From Felis catus (taxonomy: Eukaryota), in the NCBI RefSeq assembly GCF_018350175.1, contig NC_058368.1, positions 187,366,001 through 187,430,000 on the forward strand: a stretch of DNA of 64,000 nucleotides, written 5' to 3'. Positions 48,509 to 61,796 of this stretch are shown piece after piece. Position 1 is the first letter of the stretch. Each line of letters begins with the position of its first letter. A program made the position numbers and the translations under genes. The notes under the pieces were generated by a model. The model saw nothing but the letters and a program-made list of their open reading frames with translations. It had not been told where the DNA came from and searched no databases.

Positions 48509-49521
48509 AAAAAGGCAACCAACAGAATGGGAGAAGATATTTGTTAACGACATATCAGATAAACAGTTAGTATCCAAAATCTGTAAAGAACTTATCAAAC
48601 TCAACACCCAAAAAACAAATAATCCAGTGAAGAAATGGGCAAAAGACATGAATAGACACTTCTCCAAGGAAGAAATCCAGATGGCCAAACGACACATGAA
48701 AATATGCTCAACATCACTCATCATCAGGGAAATACAAATCAAAACCACAATGAGATACAACCTCACACCTGTCAGAATGGCTACCATTAACAACACAGGC
48801 AATGACAGATGTTGGCGAGGATGTGAAGAAAGAGGATCTCTTTTGCATTGTTGGTGGGAATGCAAGCTGGTGCAGCCACTCTGGAAAACAGTATTGAAGT
48901 TCCTCAAAAAACTAAAAATAGAACTACCCTACGACCCAGCAATTGCACTACTAGGCATTTATCCATGGGATACAGGTATGCTGTTTTGAAGGGCACATGC
49001 ACCCCCATGTTTATAGCAGCACTATCAACAATAGCCAAAGTATGGAAAGAGCCCAAATGTCCATCAATGGATGAATGGATAAAGAAGATGTGGTATATAT
49101 ATACAATGGGGTATTACTTGGCAATCAAAAAGAATGAAATCTTGCCATTTGCAACTACGTGGCTGAAACTGGAGGGTATTATGCTAAGTGAAATTAGTCA
49201 GACAAAGACAAATATATGATTTCACTCATATGAGGAATTTAAGAGACAAAACAGATCAACATAAGGGAAGGGAAACAAAAATAATATAAAAACAGGGAGG
49301 GGGGCAAAACAGAAGAGACTCCTAAATATGGAGAACAAACTGAGGGTTGCTGGAGGGGTTGTGGGAGGGGGGATGGGCTAAATGGGTAAGGGGCATTAAG
49401 GAATCTACTCCTGAAATCATTGTTTCACTATATGCTAACTAATTTGGATGTAAATTTTTAAAAATAAAAAATAAAATTTTAAAAATAATAACAAAATAAA
49501 ATAAATATTTAAAAAATTTTA

Positions 49522-52500
49522 AAAAAGAAATAACACCAGAATCATAGGGGTCCCAGAAGATGAAGAGAGAGAAAAAGGGGTAGAAGTTTTATGTGAGCAA
49601 ATCATAGCAGAAAACTTTCCCAACCGAGGGAAAGACACAGACATCAAAATCCAGGAAGCACAAAGGACTCCCATTAGATTCAACAAAAACCTACCATCAA
49701 CAAGGCATATATAGTCAAATTCACAAAATACTCAGGCAAGGAGAGAATCATGAAAGCAGAAAGGGAAAAAAAGTCCTTAACCCACAAGAGAAGACAGATC
49801 AGGTTTGCAGCAGACCTATCCAAAGAAACTTAGCAGGCCAGAAAGGAGTGGCAGGATATATTCAATGTGCTAAATCAGAAAAATATGCAGCCAAGAATTC
49901 TTTATCCAGCAAGGCTATCTTTCAAAATATGAGAGATTAAAAGTTTCCCAAACAAAAATTAAGGGAGTTTGTGACCACTAAACCAGCCCTGAAAGAAATT
50001 TTAAGGGTGACTCTCTGAGGAGAGAAAAGATAAAGAAAAAAAAAAAAAGACCAAAAGCAACAAAGACTAGAAAGGACCAGAGAACACCACCAAAAACTAT
50101 AACTCTACATGCAACACAATGGCAATAGATTCATATCTTTCAGTACTCACTCTAAATGGCAATGGACTAAATGTTCCAATAAAAAGACATAGGGTAATAG
50201 AATGGATAAAAAACAAGATCCATCTATATGTTATTTACAAGAGACCCATTTTAGACCAAAGAACACCTTCAGATTGAAAGTGTGGAAGATGAGAATCACC
50301 TATCATGCTCATAGTTGCCAAAGAAAGCCTGAGTAGCCATACTTACATCAGACAATCTAGATTTTAAAATAAAGACTAACAAGAGATGAAGAAGGGCATT
50401 ATCTCATAATTAAGGGGTCTATCCACCAAGAAGACCTAATAATTGTAAACATTTATTCTCCAAACATGGAAGTGCCCAAATATATAAATCAATTAATCAC
50501 AAACATAAACAAACTCATTGATAATAATACCATAATAGTCGGTAATAGTCATAATAGTCGAGCAACTTAGTAAGTTTGCTCTTGGCTGCCTAGCAAGTCG
50601 GGGGCTTCAACACCCCACTTACAGCAATGGAAAGATCATCTAAACAGAAAATCAACAAGGAAACAATGGCTTTGAATGACACACCGGACCAGATGGACTT
50701 AACAGATATATTCAGAACATTTCATCTTAAAGCAGCAGAATACACATTTTGCTCCAGTGCACATGGAACATTCTCCAGAATAGATCACATACTGGGGCAC
50801 AAATCAGCCCTCAACAAGTGCAAAAGGATCGAGATCATTCCATGCATATTTTCAGACCACAACGCTATGAAACACAAGTAAAAATTTGGAAAGATAACAA
50901 GTACTCGGAGACTAAAGAACATCCTGCTGAAGAATGAATGGGATAACCAAGAAGTTAAAGAAGAAATTAAAAAGTACATGAAAGCCAATGATAATGATAA
51001 TACCAGAGCAAAATCTCTGGGACACATCAAAGGCAATCATAAGAGGAAAGTATATAGCAATCCAGGCCTTCCTAAAAAGGAAGATAGGTCTAAAATACAA
51101 AACCTACCCTTATACCTTAAAGAGCTCGAAAAAGAACAGCAAATAAAACCCCAAAACAGCAGAAGACAGGAAATAAAGATTAGAGCAGAAATCAATGCTA
51201 TTGAAACCAAAAACAAAACAAAACAAAACAAAACAAAACAGTAGAACAGATCAATGAAAGATTCTTTGAAAGAATTAACAAAATTGATAAACTCCTAGCC
51301 AGTTTGATCAAGAAGAAAAAGGAAAGGACCCAAATAAATAAAATCAAGAATGAAAGAGGAGAGATCACAACCAACACAGCAGAAATACAAACAATAATAA
51401 GAGAATATTATGAGCAATTATATGCCAATAAAATGGCTAATCTGGAAGAAATGGACAAATTCCTAGAAACATATACACTACCAAAACTGAAAGAGGAAGA
51501 AATAGAAAATTTGAACAAACCCATAATCAGCAAAGAAATTGAATTAGTAATCAAAAATCTCCCAAAAAACTAGAGTCCAAGGCCAGATGGCTTTCCAGGG
51601 GAATTCTATAAAAAATTTAAAGAAGAGTTAACACTTATTCTTTTGAAGATGTTCCAGAAAATATAAACGGAAGGAAAACTTCCAAACTCATTCTATAAGG
51701 GCAGCATTATCTTGATTCCAAAACCAGACAAAGACCCCACTAAAAAGGAGAACTACAGACCAATTTCCCTGATGAACATGGATGCAAAAATCCTCAACAA
51801 GATACTAGCCAACCAGATCCAACAAAACATTGAGATAATTATTCACCACAACCAAGTGGGATTTATACCTGGGATGCAGGGCTGGTTCAATATCCACAAA
51901 ACAACCAATGTGACTCACCACATCAATAAAAGAAAGGACAAGAACCATATAATCCTTTCAATAGATGCAGAGAAAGCATTTGATAAAATACAGCATCCTT
52001 TCTTGATAAAAACCCTCAAGAAACTAGGGATAGAAGGATCATACCTCAAGATCATAAAAGCCATATATTAAAGACCCACCGCCAATATCATCTTCAATGA
52101 GGAAAAACCGAGGGTTTTCCCCCTAAGGTCAGAAACATGACAGGGATGTCCACTCTTGCCACTGTGGTGATTCAACATAGTGTTGGAAGTCAGCCTCAGC
52201 AATCAGACAACACAAAGGAATAAAAGGCATCCAAGTCAGCAAAGAGGAAGTCAAACTTTCAATCTTCGCAGATAACATGATACTCTATATGGAAAACCCA
52301 AAAGATTCCACCAAAAAATGCTAGAACTGATTCATGAATTCAATAAAATCAATGCACAGAAATCGGTTGCATTCCTATACACCACCAATGAAGCAACAGA
52401 AAGAGAAACCAAGGAATCGATCCCATTTACAATTGCACCAAAAACCATACAATACCTAGGAATAAACCTAACCAAGAGGTGAAAAATCTATACATGAAAA

Positions 52501-53076
52501 CTATAGAAAGCTTATGAAAGAAATTGAAGACGACACCAAAAAAATGGAAAATTTTTCAATGTTCCTGGATTGGAAGAACAAACATTGTTAAAATGTCGAT
52601 ACTACCCAGAGCAATCAACATATTCAATGCAATCCCTGTCAAAGTAATACCAGCATTCTTCACAGAGCTAGAACAAATAATCCTAAAATTTGTATGGAAC
52701 CAGAAAGGACAAAGCAATCTTGAAAAAGAAAACCAAAGCTGGAGGCATCACAATGCCAGACTTCAAGATGCATTATAAAGTTGTAATCATCAAGACAGTA
52801 TAGTATGGCTCAAAAACAGACACTAAGATCAATGGAACAGAATATAGAACCCAGAAATGGGCCCACAAACATATGGCCAACTAATCATTGACAAAGCAGG
52901 AAAGAATATCCAATGGAATAAAGACAGTCTTTTCAGCAAATGGTGCTGGGAAAACTGGACAGCTACATGCAGAACAGTGAACCTGGACAACTTTTTCACA
53001 CCATCCACAAAAATAAACTCAAAATGGATGAAAGACCTAAATGTAAGACAGGAAGCCATCAAAATCCTCAAAAAGA
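49522..53076 (+). mobile_element. L1 element C, part 2: rest of ORF1 (to 50018) and disrupted ORF2
   Basis: Resumes at ...aataacaccagaatcataggggtccc, the point where ORF1 was cut at 35073. Confidence 0.9.
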
Positions 53077-53321
53077 TGGGAATGCAAGCTGGTGCAGCCA
53101 CTCTGGAAAACAGTATGGAGGCTCCTCAAAAAAACTAAAAATAGAACTACCTTATGACCCAGCAATTGCACTACTAGGCATTTATCCACGGGATACAGGT
53201 GTGTTGTTTCAAAGGGGCACATGCACCCCCATGTTTATAGCAGCACTATCAACAATAGCCAAAGTATGGAAAGAGCCCAAATGTCCATCGATGGATGAAT
53301 GGATAAAGAAGATGTGGTGTG

Positions 53322-53379
<58 letters not shown>

Positions 53380-53780
53380 TACACACACACACACACACAA
53401 TGGAGTATTACTCAGCAATTAAAAAGAATGAAATCTTGCCATTTGCAACTACGTGGCTGGAACTAGAGGGTATTATGCTAAGTGAAATTAGAGAAAGACA
53501 AAAATCATATGACTTCACTCATATGAGGACTTTAAGAGACAAAACAGATGAACATAAGGGAAGGGAAACAAAAATAATATAAAAACAGGAGGGGGACAAA
53601 ACAGAAGAGACTCCTAAATATGGAGAACAAACTGAGGGTTGCTGGAGGGGTTGTGGGAGGGGGGATGGGCTAAATGGGTAAGGGGCACTAAGGAATCTAC
53701 TCCTGAAATCATTGTTGCACTATATGCTAATTTGGATATAAATTTTAAAAATAAAAAATAAAACAAGTTAAAATTTAAAA
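53077..53780 (+). mobile_element. L1 element G: 5'-truncated feline L1 3' end inserted in C ORF2
   Basis: Jump to late ORF2 and 3' UTR with an A-tail. Degenerate TSD aaaatcctc / aaaatgtcctc. C continues at 53781. Confidence 0.85.
53321..53399. repeat. (TA)n(CA)n compound microsatellite in G
   Basis: Visible run. Confidence 0.92.
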
Positions 53781-54529
53781 AATGTCCTCGAGGATAAAGC
53801 AGGCAAAAACCTCTTTGACCTCTGCCACAGCAACTTCTTACTCAACACATGTCCAGAGGCAAGGGAAACAAAAGCAAAAATGAACTACTGGAACCTCATC
53901 AAAATAAAAAGCTTCTGCACAACAAAGGAAACAATCAGCAAAACTAAAAGGCAACTGACAGAATGGGAGAAGATATTTGCAAATGACATATCAGATAAAG
54001 GGTTAGTATCCAAAATCTATAAAGAACTTATCAAACTCAACACCCAAAAAACAAATAATCCAGTGAAGAAATGGGCAAAAGACACGAATAGATACTTCTC
54101 CAAGGAAGACATCCAGATGGCCAACTGACACATTTAAAAATGCTCAACTTCACTCATCATCAGGGAAATACAAATCAAAACCACAGTGAGATGCCACCTC
54201 ACACCTGTCAGGATGGATAATATTAATAACTTGGGCAACAACAGATGTTGGCAAGGATGTGGAGAAAGAGGATCTCTTTTGAACAGCTGGTGGAATGCTA
54301 GCTGTTGCAGCCACTCTGGAAAACAGTATGGAGTTTCCTGAAAAAATTCAAAAGGGAACTATCCTACAACCCATCAATTGCACTACTAGGTATTTATCCA
54401 AGGGATACAGGTTTGCTGTTTCAAAGGGGCACATGTACACCAATGTTTGCAGCAGCACTATCAAAAATAGCCAAACTATGGAAAGAGCCCAAATGTCCAT
54501 CAATGGATGAATGGATAAAGAAGATGTGA
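53781..54529 (+). mobile_element. L1 element C, part 3: late ORF2
   Basis: [14 protein letters not shown]... through ...KCPSMDEWIKKM, closely similar to the same region of D. Confidence 0.88.
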
Positions 54530-55017
54530 AATATAGATATATGAGGGAATATTATTCACCCATAAAAAAGGATGTGATTTTTTTTTTTTTGCCATTTGTA
54601 ACATAGAACTGTAGGCTATTATGCTAAGTGAAATAAGTCAAACTGAGAAAGACAAATAGCATGATTTCACTTATATGTGGAATCTAAAAAACAAACAGCA
54701 AAATCATATCCATACAGAAAGCAAACTGATGGTTGCCAGAGAGGAGAGGGGTAGAGGGGATGGGCAAAATGGGTGAAGGGAAGTGGGAGGTACAGGCTTC
54801 CAGATATGGAATGAATAAGTCACAGGAATCAAAGATACAGCATAGGGAATATAGCCAATGATACTGCAATATTGTTGTACAGTGACGGTAGCTACACCTG
54901 TGGTAAGCATAGCATGATGTATAAACTTGTTGAATTGCTATGTTATACCCCTGAAACTCATGTAATTTTGGGTGTCAACTCTACTCAAAAAATAATAAAC
55001 AACAAAACAAAAACAAA
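54530..55017 (+). mobile_element. Old carnivore-type L1 3' UTR (probable 3' end of element A)
   Basis: gggaggtacaggcttccagatatggaatgaataagtcac...cctgaaactcatgtaa...caactctactcaaaaaa, unlike the 3' UTR of D and G. Confidence 0.8.
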
Positions 55018-56022
55018 GCCCCAACTCAGACTGCAAATCTCAGTGCTTAAGTGAGACTGCTCATCTACCGCCAACAGAGTGGGATAAATGGATACAACTT
55101 GCTGTTTCTGCTCCCTATCTTCCTCCCTCTCTCCCTCAGAGATCTCATCTCCTTTCCAAAAAGACCCAGGGCCAGCTGGGTTTGAACATCACTTATTCTG
55201 TCCTCAGCAGTAAATCAACAGTGATCTGGAAAGCATGGAAGCTGGGAGCAGAGAATACCCCCTGGTTACCTCCCAGTTCCCAGCATGAGGAGATTCTGGT
55301 TATCACCCTGCTAATGATTTTACTAATTATATTCCATTCATCTGCATTGCTCTGCTGAGATGGGATCAGGCAATACAGTTTGATGTTTATTATTCTCTTA
55401 CTCTGCTGGCCAGCACTCTCCTGCCCACTCATCAAATTCAATGTTTTGTCAGGCTTAATGGCCTTCAAGTCCTGACCCCAAATTCCTTTTATTACACTTG
55501 CCACCCTCTACTCTAGGACCACTGATAATCAATTTAATTCAATATATAAAATATCAATCAAATATCTACTATGTGCCTAGTAGTGTGTAAGGCTCTGGGA
55601 ATTGAATAATGGACATAATAAAAACAAATACAGTACCTGTTCACCCTAAATGGCCTATGGTCTCATGGGGGTCAGATACAGACAGACAAAAACAATACAG
55701 TGTGATGAGGCTTCTGATGGGGGAAGTAGAGCAGGCTCTGGGGACCCCAGTAGAGGCATCGCAGCCTGGACTATCAGCAAGGCTTTCTCATAATGGTAAG
55801 GAGCCAATTTATCTGGCCAAGAATTCACCACATTGGTGGAAAAGGTGTTGACTCTTCTTCCTGAATCCCCGGTGTCCTAACAGAACATGTGGCTGCAGGC
55901 GATTCCTCCACACAGGTATGGAGGCCAGACAGGATTCTGCCACATAACTGTCCTTTTATGTCTGGTCCTATATAAATAGTCTTAAAGAAGAATTATGAGA
56001 AATACTTAAAAGTACCAGTCTT

Positions 56023-56189
56023 GGGAGCCTGGATAGCTCAGCTGGTTAAGCCACCAACTCTTGATCCCAGCTCAGGTCATGATCTCATGGTCCAGGAGGC
56101 TGAGCCCTGTGTTGGGCTCTGAGCTGACAGTGTGGAACCTACTTGGGATTCTCTCTCTCTCAAAATAAATAAATACATGTAAAAAAAAA
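56023..56189 (+). mobile_element. Can-SINE
   Basis: SINE head, caggtcatgatctc, A-tail. Confidence 0.9.
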
Positions 56190-56582
56190 TATTAGTCTAC
56201 TCAGGCTCTCACATTCTCAGCACAAAAACAAAGCAGCATGAGTATTCAGGTGCCCTCCCCACATCTTCTCTGCCTCCAAGACCCTCAAAAGCCCTATTGG
56301 CATCTATGAACATTCCTAGGCCTGAAAGGGGTGAGAAGAGAGAATTTTTGTACCTAATGAAACCCAATACCAAGAAGGCTTCCTTACAGGAGCTAAGGCA
56401 TTTCAAAGAAATGCATTTTTAAAGAAATAACCCACAGAGTGGGAGAAAAAATAACTACTTCACCTTGCTCTCTTTCCTCCCTCCCACCAGAAGCAGAAGG
56501 TCAAGGAAACTCATTGCTATATACCAATGGGTCTCACACTCTACATCAGAATCACCTAAGGACTGTGAAAACAAATAGTCCT

Positions 56583-56800
56583 GGGGCATCTGGATGGCTC
56601 AGTTGGTTGAGCATCTGACTTTGGCTCAGGTCATGATCTCACAGTTCAGGAGTTCAAGCCCCACATCAGGTTCTGCGCTGACAGCTCAGATCCTGGAGCC
56701 TGCTTTGGATTCTGTGCCTCCCTCTCTCTCTGCCCCTCCCCTGCTCACGCTTGGTCTCTCACATGCTCTCTCAACAATGAATAAACACTAAAACATTTTT
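56583..56800 (+). mobile_element. SINEC_Fc-type SINE inserted in a MER5-like element (~56527-56915)
   Basis: gacagctcagatcctggagcctgct segment. The flanks catcagaatcacct... and ...ggtctggggtggagctcaagaatttgc are MER5-like. Confidence 0.88.
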
Positions 56801-57021
56801 TTAAATATTTCTGGGCCCTACCCCCAAGTTTTCTGACTCATTTGGTCTGGGGTGGAGCTCAAGAATTTGCCAGAAAATCACCATTGATGCAATAAGATGC
56901 TGATCTCTAAACACACAGTGAGAATAACTGCCATAGGCTCTACTAGACAGGCCAGCCTCCTGAGGTTCAGAGCAGGATGGAAGGGGTAGAAAACTGCATC
57001 TATTAAATCTAGACTATTAGA

Positions 57022-57180
57022 CCAGGGGACAGCAAACTTTTTCCATGAAGAATCAAATAGTAAGTATTTTAGCCTTTGCAGGCCATACAATTGCTACTAC
57101 TTAACTCTGCCGTCATAGCACAAAAAAGGTCACAGACAACACATAAATGAATGAGCATTTTTTTATTTTCCAATAAAAAT
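57022..57180. mobile_element. MER58-like fragment
   Basis: caggggacagcaaactttt...tattttagcctttgcaggccatac...aactctgccgtcatagcacaaaa...ttccaataaaa. Confidence 0.7.
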
Positions 57181-57586
57181 GTACTTTAATTCTTCGGAGT
57201 AAATAAATTTTATAAGTGAATTCACTTATGAGACTGAGTCTTACTCACCTTTGTATCTCCTTAATGTTCAAAAAACACCAGCATAGTCATTCCCTGAGTA
57301 TCCACATATAAATGCCAGGAACTTTATGTACATTATCTCTTTGCTTCGAGGAAACCTAGATTTAATCTATCCCAGTTAGGACCAGTAATTCAGTAGCTCT
57401 CGATTTATTTGTTAAGCCAATTTTTCATCTCTACTCTGTGTCAAGAACTGTGCTCGTCACTAAAGGTCCAGAAGTAAAAAATACATCCACAGTCCCTGTT
57501 TGGGGGGTTAACTGGCTAATGAGATGTTGGTTATGGTTTTCTGGTTGCAACAGACACGAGTTTAAGTAACTTAGTTAAAAAGAAAT

Positions 57587-57790
57587 GGGAATGCCTGGGT
57601 GGCTCAGTCAATTGAGCGTCTGACTCTTGATTTTGGCTCAGGTCATGATCTCACAGTACATGGGATGAAACCCCACGTTGGGCTCTGTGTTGACAGTATG
57701 GAGCCTGCTTGGGATTCTCCATCTCCCTCTCTCTCTGCACCTCCCCCCCACTCACTCTTGCTGTCTCTCCCCAAATAAACAATTTTTTCT
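57587..57790 (+). mobile_element. Can-SINE
   Basis: Typical head, body and (CT)n tract. Confidence 0.92.
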
Positions 57791-58542
57791 AAGGTATTGG
57801 AAGAATACTGGAGTGCCCAGAATCTTGAGAGACAAACAGGTCAGCCATTCTTCTAGAAGCCTGGAAACTAGAACACCTCCCACAAGAGCTGCCAAGGCCC
57901 AACACACATTTCTGTATTCTGTAAATTGAACTGTCTCTGGGATGGGGGGGCTGGCTTAGGTAATTTTTAAATTTTCCCTGATGATTCTGATTTGTAACCA
58001 TGGTTGATAACTACTGCTCTGGTCTCTTCAGAAGGATTGCATTCCTCCTTTGTCATTGTGGTTTTTAGTAGACCACAGATTCCTGATAAAGTTAGAATAA
58101 ACATTCAAAAATCCAACTCAATTCCCCAACTCCCCGCCAAGTTTAATCAGCGGACAATAATATACTCCATCTTTATAGCACCTTTTCAAAGCATCCTTAA
58201 AGTTTTGTGTTTTTTTTTTTTAATCTCAAATGAGACTCACAGCTATCTTGTAAAATGTTATGATTACTCCTTAATAAACAAACTGAGGATCAGGTAAATG
58301 ATGCGCCCAAATCCACACAGCAGGTGAATGGGCAGAGCTGAGACTAGAACCCAGGTCTCCTTAGGTTTACCAGGGCATTGGTTTACCAACTTGAGCATGA
58401 ATAAGACATATTGAGGATACTTGTCCCAATGCAGTGTCCTTGGCTTCAAGCCCAGAGGTTCAGATCCAGGAATTTGAGGCACAAGCACCTACATTATTAC
58501 CAAAGTGATTCTGATGCATAGGACCCAAAAATCTCAGTTTAT

Positions 58543-58719
58543 GGGGCACCTGGATGGCTCAGTCAGTTAAGTGTCTCTTGATTTCAGCTCAGGTCATGTT
58601 GTCATGGTCATGAGATCAAGGCACGTGTCAGTCATGGAACTTGCTTAAAATTCTCTCTCTCTCTTTGCACCTCCCGTACTCTCTCAAAAATAAACATAAA
58701 AAAAAAACTTTAAAAAAAA
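58543..58719 (+). mobile_element. Can-SINE (internally shortened)
   Basis: ggggcacctggatggctcagt head and A-tail. Confidence 0.88.
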
Positions 58720-61700
58720 GATTCTCTTTCTCTCTCTCCCTCTGCCTGACTCTCTCTCCAAAGGGTTGGGGCAGGGGAGGAACTCAGTTGGTAAAATACT
58801 GCCATCAAGGAACTTATCTTCAACTCATAGCTTTGAATATTATCCTGCCCAGAAACAAGATAGGCAGAATTCTGCCCAATTCAAGATATTTTCCAAACCT
58901 AGGTCTCATTTTTCCCTTTATCTTATTACCTACTAGAATTCTTTCTATGGAAATAGTCAAACTCTTGATCCATGATATGGAATTTCACTTCAGCCAACTC
59001 AGACCAACTAAGAGTGGCTTCTTAGAGCCTTGGATTGAGAAATGAGGAGGTTGGACCAGATACAGCAAGAGAATATACTCTGATCAGTCACGGACACAGT
59101 GAGAAACTCTGACAGCCCAGACTGTTATCTAGATAGTACTTTATCCTCAGTTTTTTCTCACTTTTCTACTTAGAGAGTATTTCTATAAAGAGAGACCTAG
59201 TTTCTCACTAACAGATAATGATTTTTTAAAATTGCTTCCATGCTGTCCATAAAACTATAGGTTCTGCTTGAGACATTCCGGATGCCATGATTCAAATGTA
59301 AATAGCCCCTAAAATCCATCAATGTCTGGATAGCTGATTAAGCACCATAGACTGTAACAGTGTTCCCTTTTCTGATCTTCAGGCATTTTTTTTGTGTGAG
59401 CTGATGTATTACCACAATGAGGGGACTTTCTCACATTCTGCTCATGGTAACAGATGAGGTGTGAAATTGATTCTGAACACCTAGGAGGGTTATGATTTAT
59501 CATCATACATTACGCCCTGTGGAGCTTTACTGGATGAATCCCAAATACATCCAGAATCCACCCACACTTCCAGAAAGAGGACACTTAGTGACTCAAGATA
59601 TGTTAAGTACAGCTATTTCATAGTTGGCACCCAATATAGGGCTCCCTTTCATTCATGAAATCAACAAATATTTACTAAGCACCTAATATATTCCAGGTAC
59701 TATTTTAGGAGCCACAGATATTCCAGTAAACAAGAGAAACCCACTTATCCCTAGACCTAGTTTCCCTCCTGATTATAATTAGGTACATTTAACTTACCCT
59801 CACCTTTGGATAAACACCAATAGCCTGGTACTGGAGGATCAATACAGGAGGTATCCTGAACTGAGTATCATTGTACAATTTTCTGGACTGCAGATAGTTG
59901 GAGGAGCCAACCTGATGGATAATGCTGCACCTCCAATATTGTTACTTTCAGTACAAAGAATGGATCCATGGAAATTTCTAGTGAGGGTGTCCCACACATG
60001 AACCACTCAGGAAGCCACTCAGTCAAGTAGGGCTTCAGGCAAAAGCCTTACCTAACTGGAAGTATGCAGACATCTGGAAACAATCTCTTCTGCCAACCAA
60101 TGCCTAAAACCACGTCCTTACACAGAATGGGGCAGGTCATCAGAAACACTTAAGTTTTTTTGAACATATACTTTCCTAAGGCCTTGTTCTCCCACCCCCA
60201 GAATTCTGCCTCTCAATTTCTGGGCTGGGCTCCAGGCAGATCTATTTTGGAAAAACTACCCATGGCTAAGTCTGATCAATCTAGAAAACATGGTCTATCA
60301 TACTTCATTGAGATAAAAGCCTAGCCTCTGTCAAAACACAAGGTACAAATTATGGTAAATGAATAGAAACCCACCAATGGGAATCATGGAGGTGGTCTTC
60401 TAGTCCTGATTTTGTCTCAATCAGCTGTGTGACCTCAGACCAGCCACTCCAGCTTTTTGGGCCCACTTCATCATTTGCACACAGGGGAGAAAGAGTGAGG
60501 ATTCTGAAGGGTCTTGAGGAGCTAAATTTATATAGCTGTGTTTTTTCACATTTGCAAGCCAATTTCAAATATTATTGATTAAGCCCCAGTATGAATATCA
60601 CTGTTAAATAGTTCTTACAAGAAAGTAATACATATTTAAAACATATTTGTGCCAGATCAGTCCATTATGTATTTAAATATCTTCAGGATCCATGATTAGA
60701 CTTCTGAGGTGTTCAGTGTAGAATTTTTATAAACTCCCCGGTAGCAGAGTCATCCTTGCACTATTTGTCACCCTGCCTTCTGCCTTCCCACCCCCTGACC
60801 CATTGCTTAGGTTCTCCTGCAGCTGCAGGAGTTAATCATTATCTGACTCCAAGTGGAAGCTACTGGATTTCTCTAGCAATAGGTCTGTAAATTCCTTCTT
60901 CTCATTAATGAATCTGGAGTTGTCTTTTTATTGACCTTTAAAAGACTGATTTTTTTGCCTAATCATCTCCATTTGATTAATATCCTTGCATTTTTTTTTG
61001 TTTTGATTGCCTGCCTCTCTATACCCTACTCACGTACACCTGCAGGCAACACTCTCAGCGCTGATGGCTAAGACCATCAGGCAAGCAGCAGATCAGATGG
61101 TAAACATCAAGATTTTTAGGTCTATGGCTTCTCCATACAGGTCATCTCCTTTGATAAAATGAAGGAGACTGAAATCTGACTCTCTTGCCCATTCTAACTA
61201 GTCATGTTGTCCATACCCCTGTGTCCAGCCAAGTTACAGGTCAACAAGAATAATTCCCTGGGAATTCTTTACCAATCCACAGTCAACTCAGCCAACTTTC
61301 ATCTTTGGAATAGGGTTTGTATTTCACCCCTCTTCTGGAATCATAGCATATTAGAACAATGGGTTTCAAAACTTTAATGTAGTAAGAATTCCACAGGGCA
61401 GTGACAGTTGTTTGCCTACCTGCTTGAATCCCCACACTCTCCCTTCTATCCCCTATTCTATACTGCCAGGCCTAGAAGCCTGCATGCTGAAGGTCCCAGG
61501 TTGTCTTGCCAAGGGTTTCTCATTAGATTCAGTCAGTGTGAACCACTGGCAGCCAGAAAGGAGAAGACATCCTGGTGCCAGCTCCAGCAGAGGTGGTGTC
61601 TCTTTAGCAATTCCAGCAGTAACAATAGCAGCAGCACCAGCAGCAGCAGGGTACCTCCCCACTAAGGTCCCAGAACTGCCTGTGTGGGCTCCAGGCTAGC

Positions 61701-61796
61701 AATTTCCTCATTAAAGGAACTCCCCTAATCCTTTTTAACCCTTATCACACCTCTTCTTCCTTTTGCTCCTCCAGCCTTCCTGCACACCATGATAAC

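Larger units (their letters stand above)
43895..49521 (+). mobile_element. L1 element D, part 2: rest of 5' UTR, disrupted ORF1 (~44185-45064) and ORF2 (~45225-49220), 3' UTR, A-tail
   Basis: Resumes the AT-rich 5' UTR array in register. Many ORF1/ORF2 fragments (LFTDD, CWRGCEE). Confidence 0.92.

Noticed and set aside
59421..59432. NF-kB-like motif GGGGACTTTCTC
   Set aside because: It lacks the terminal CC of the consensus, and a single imperfect match is expected by chance.
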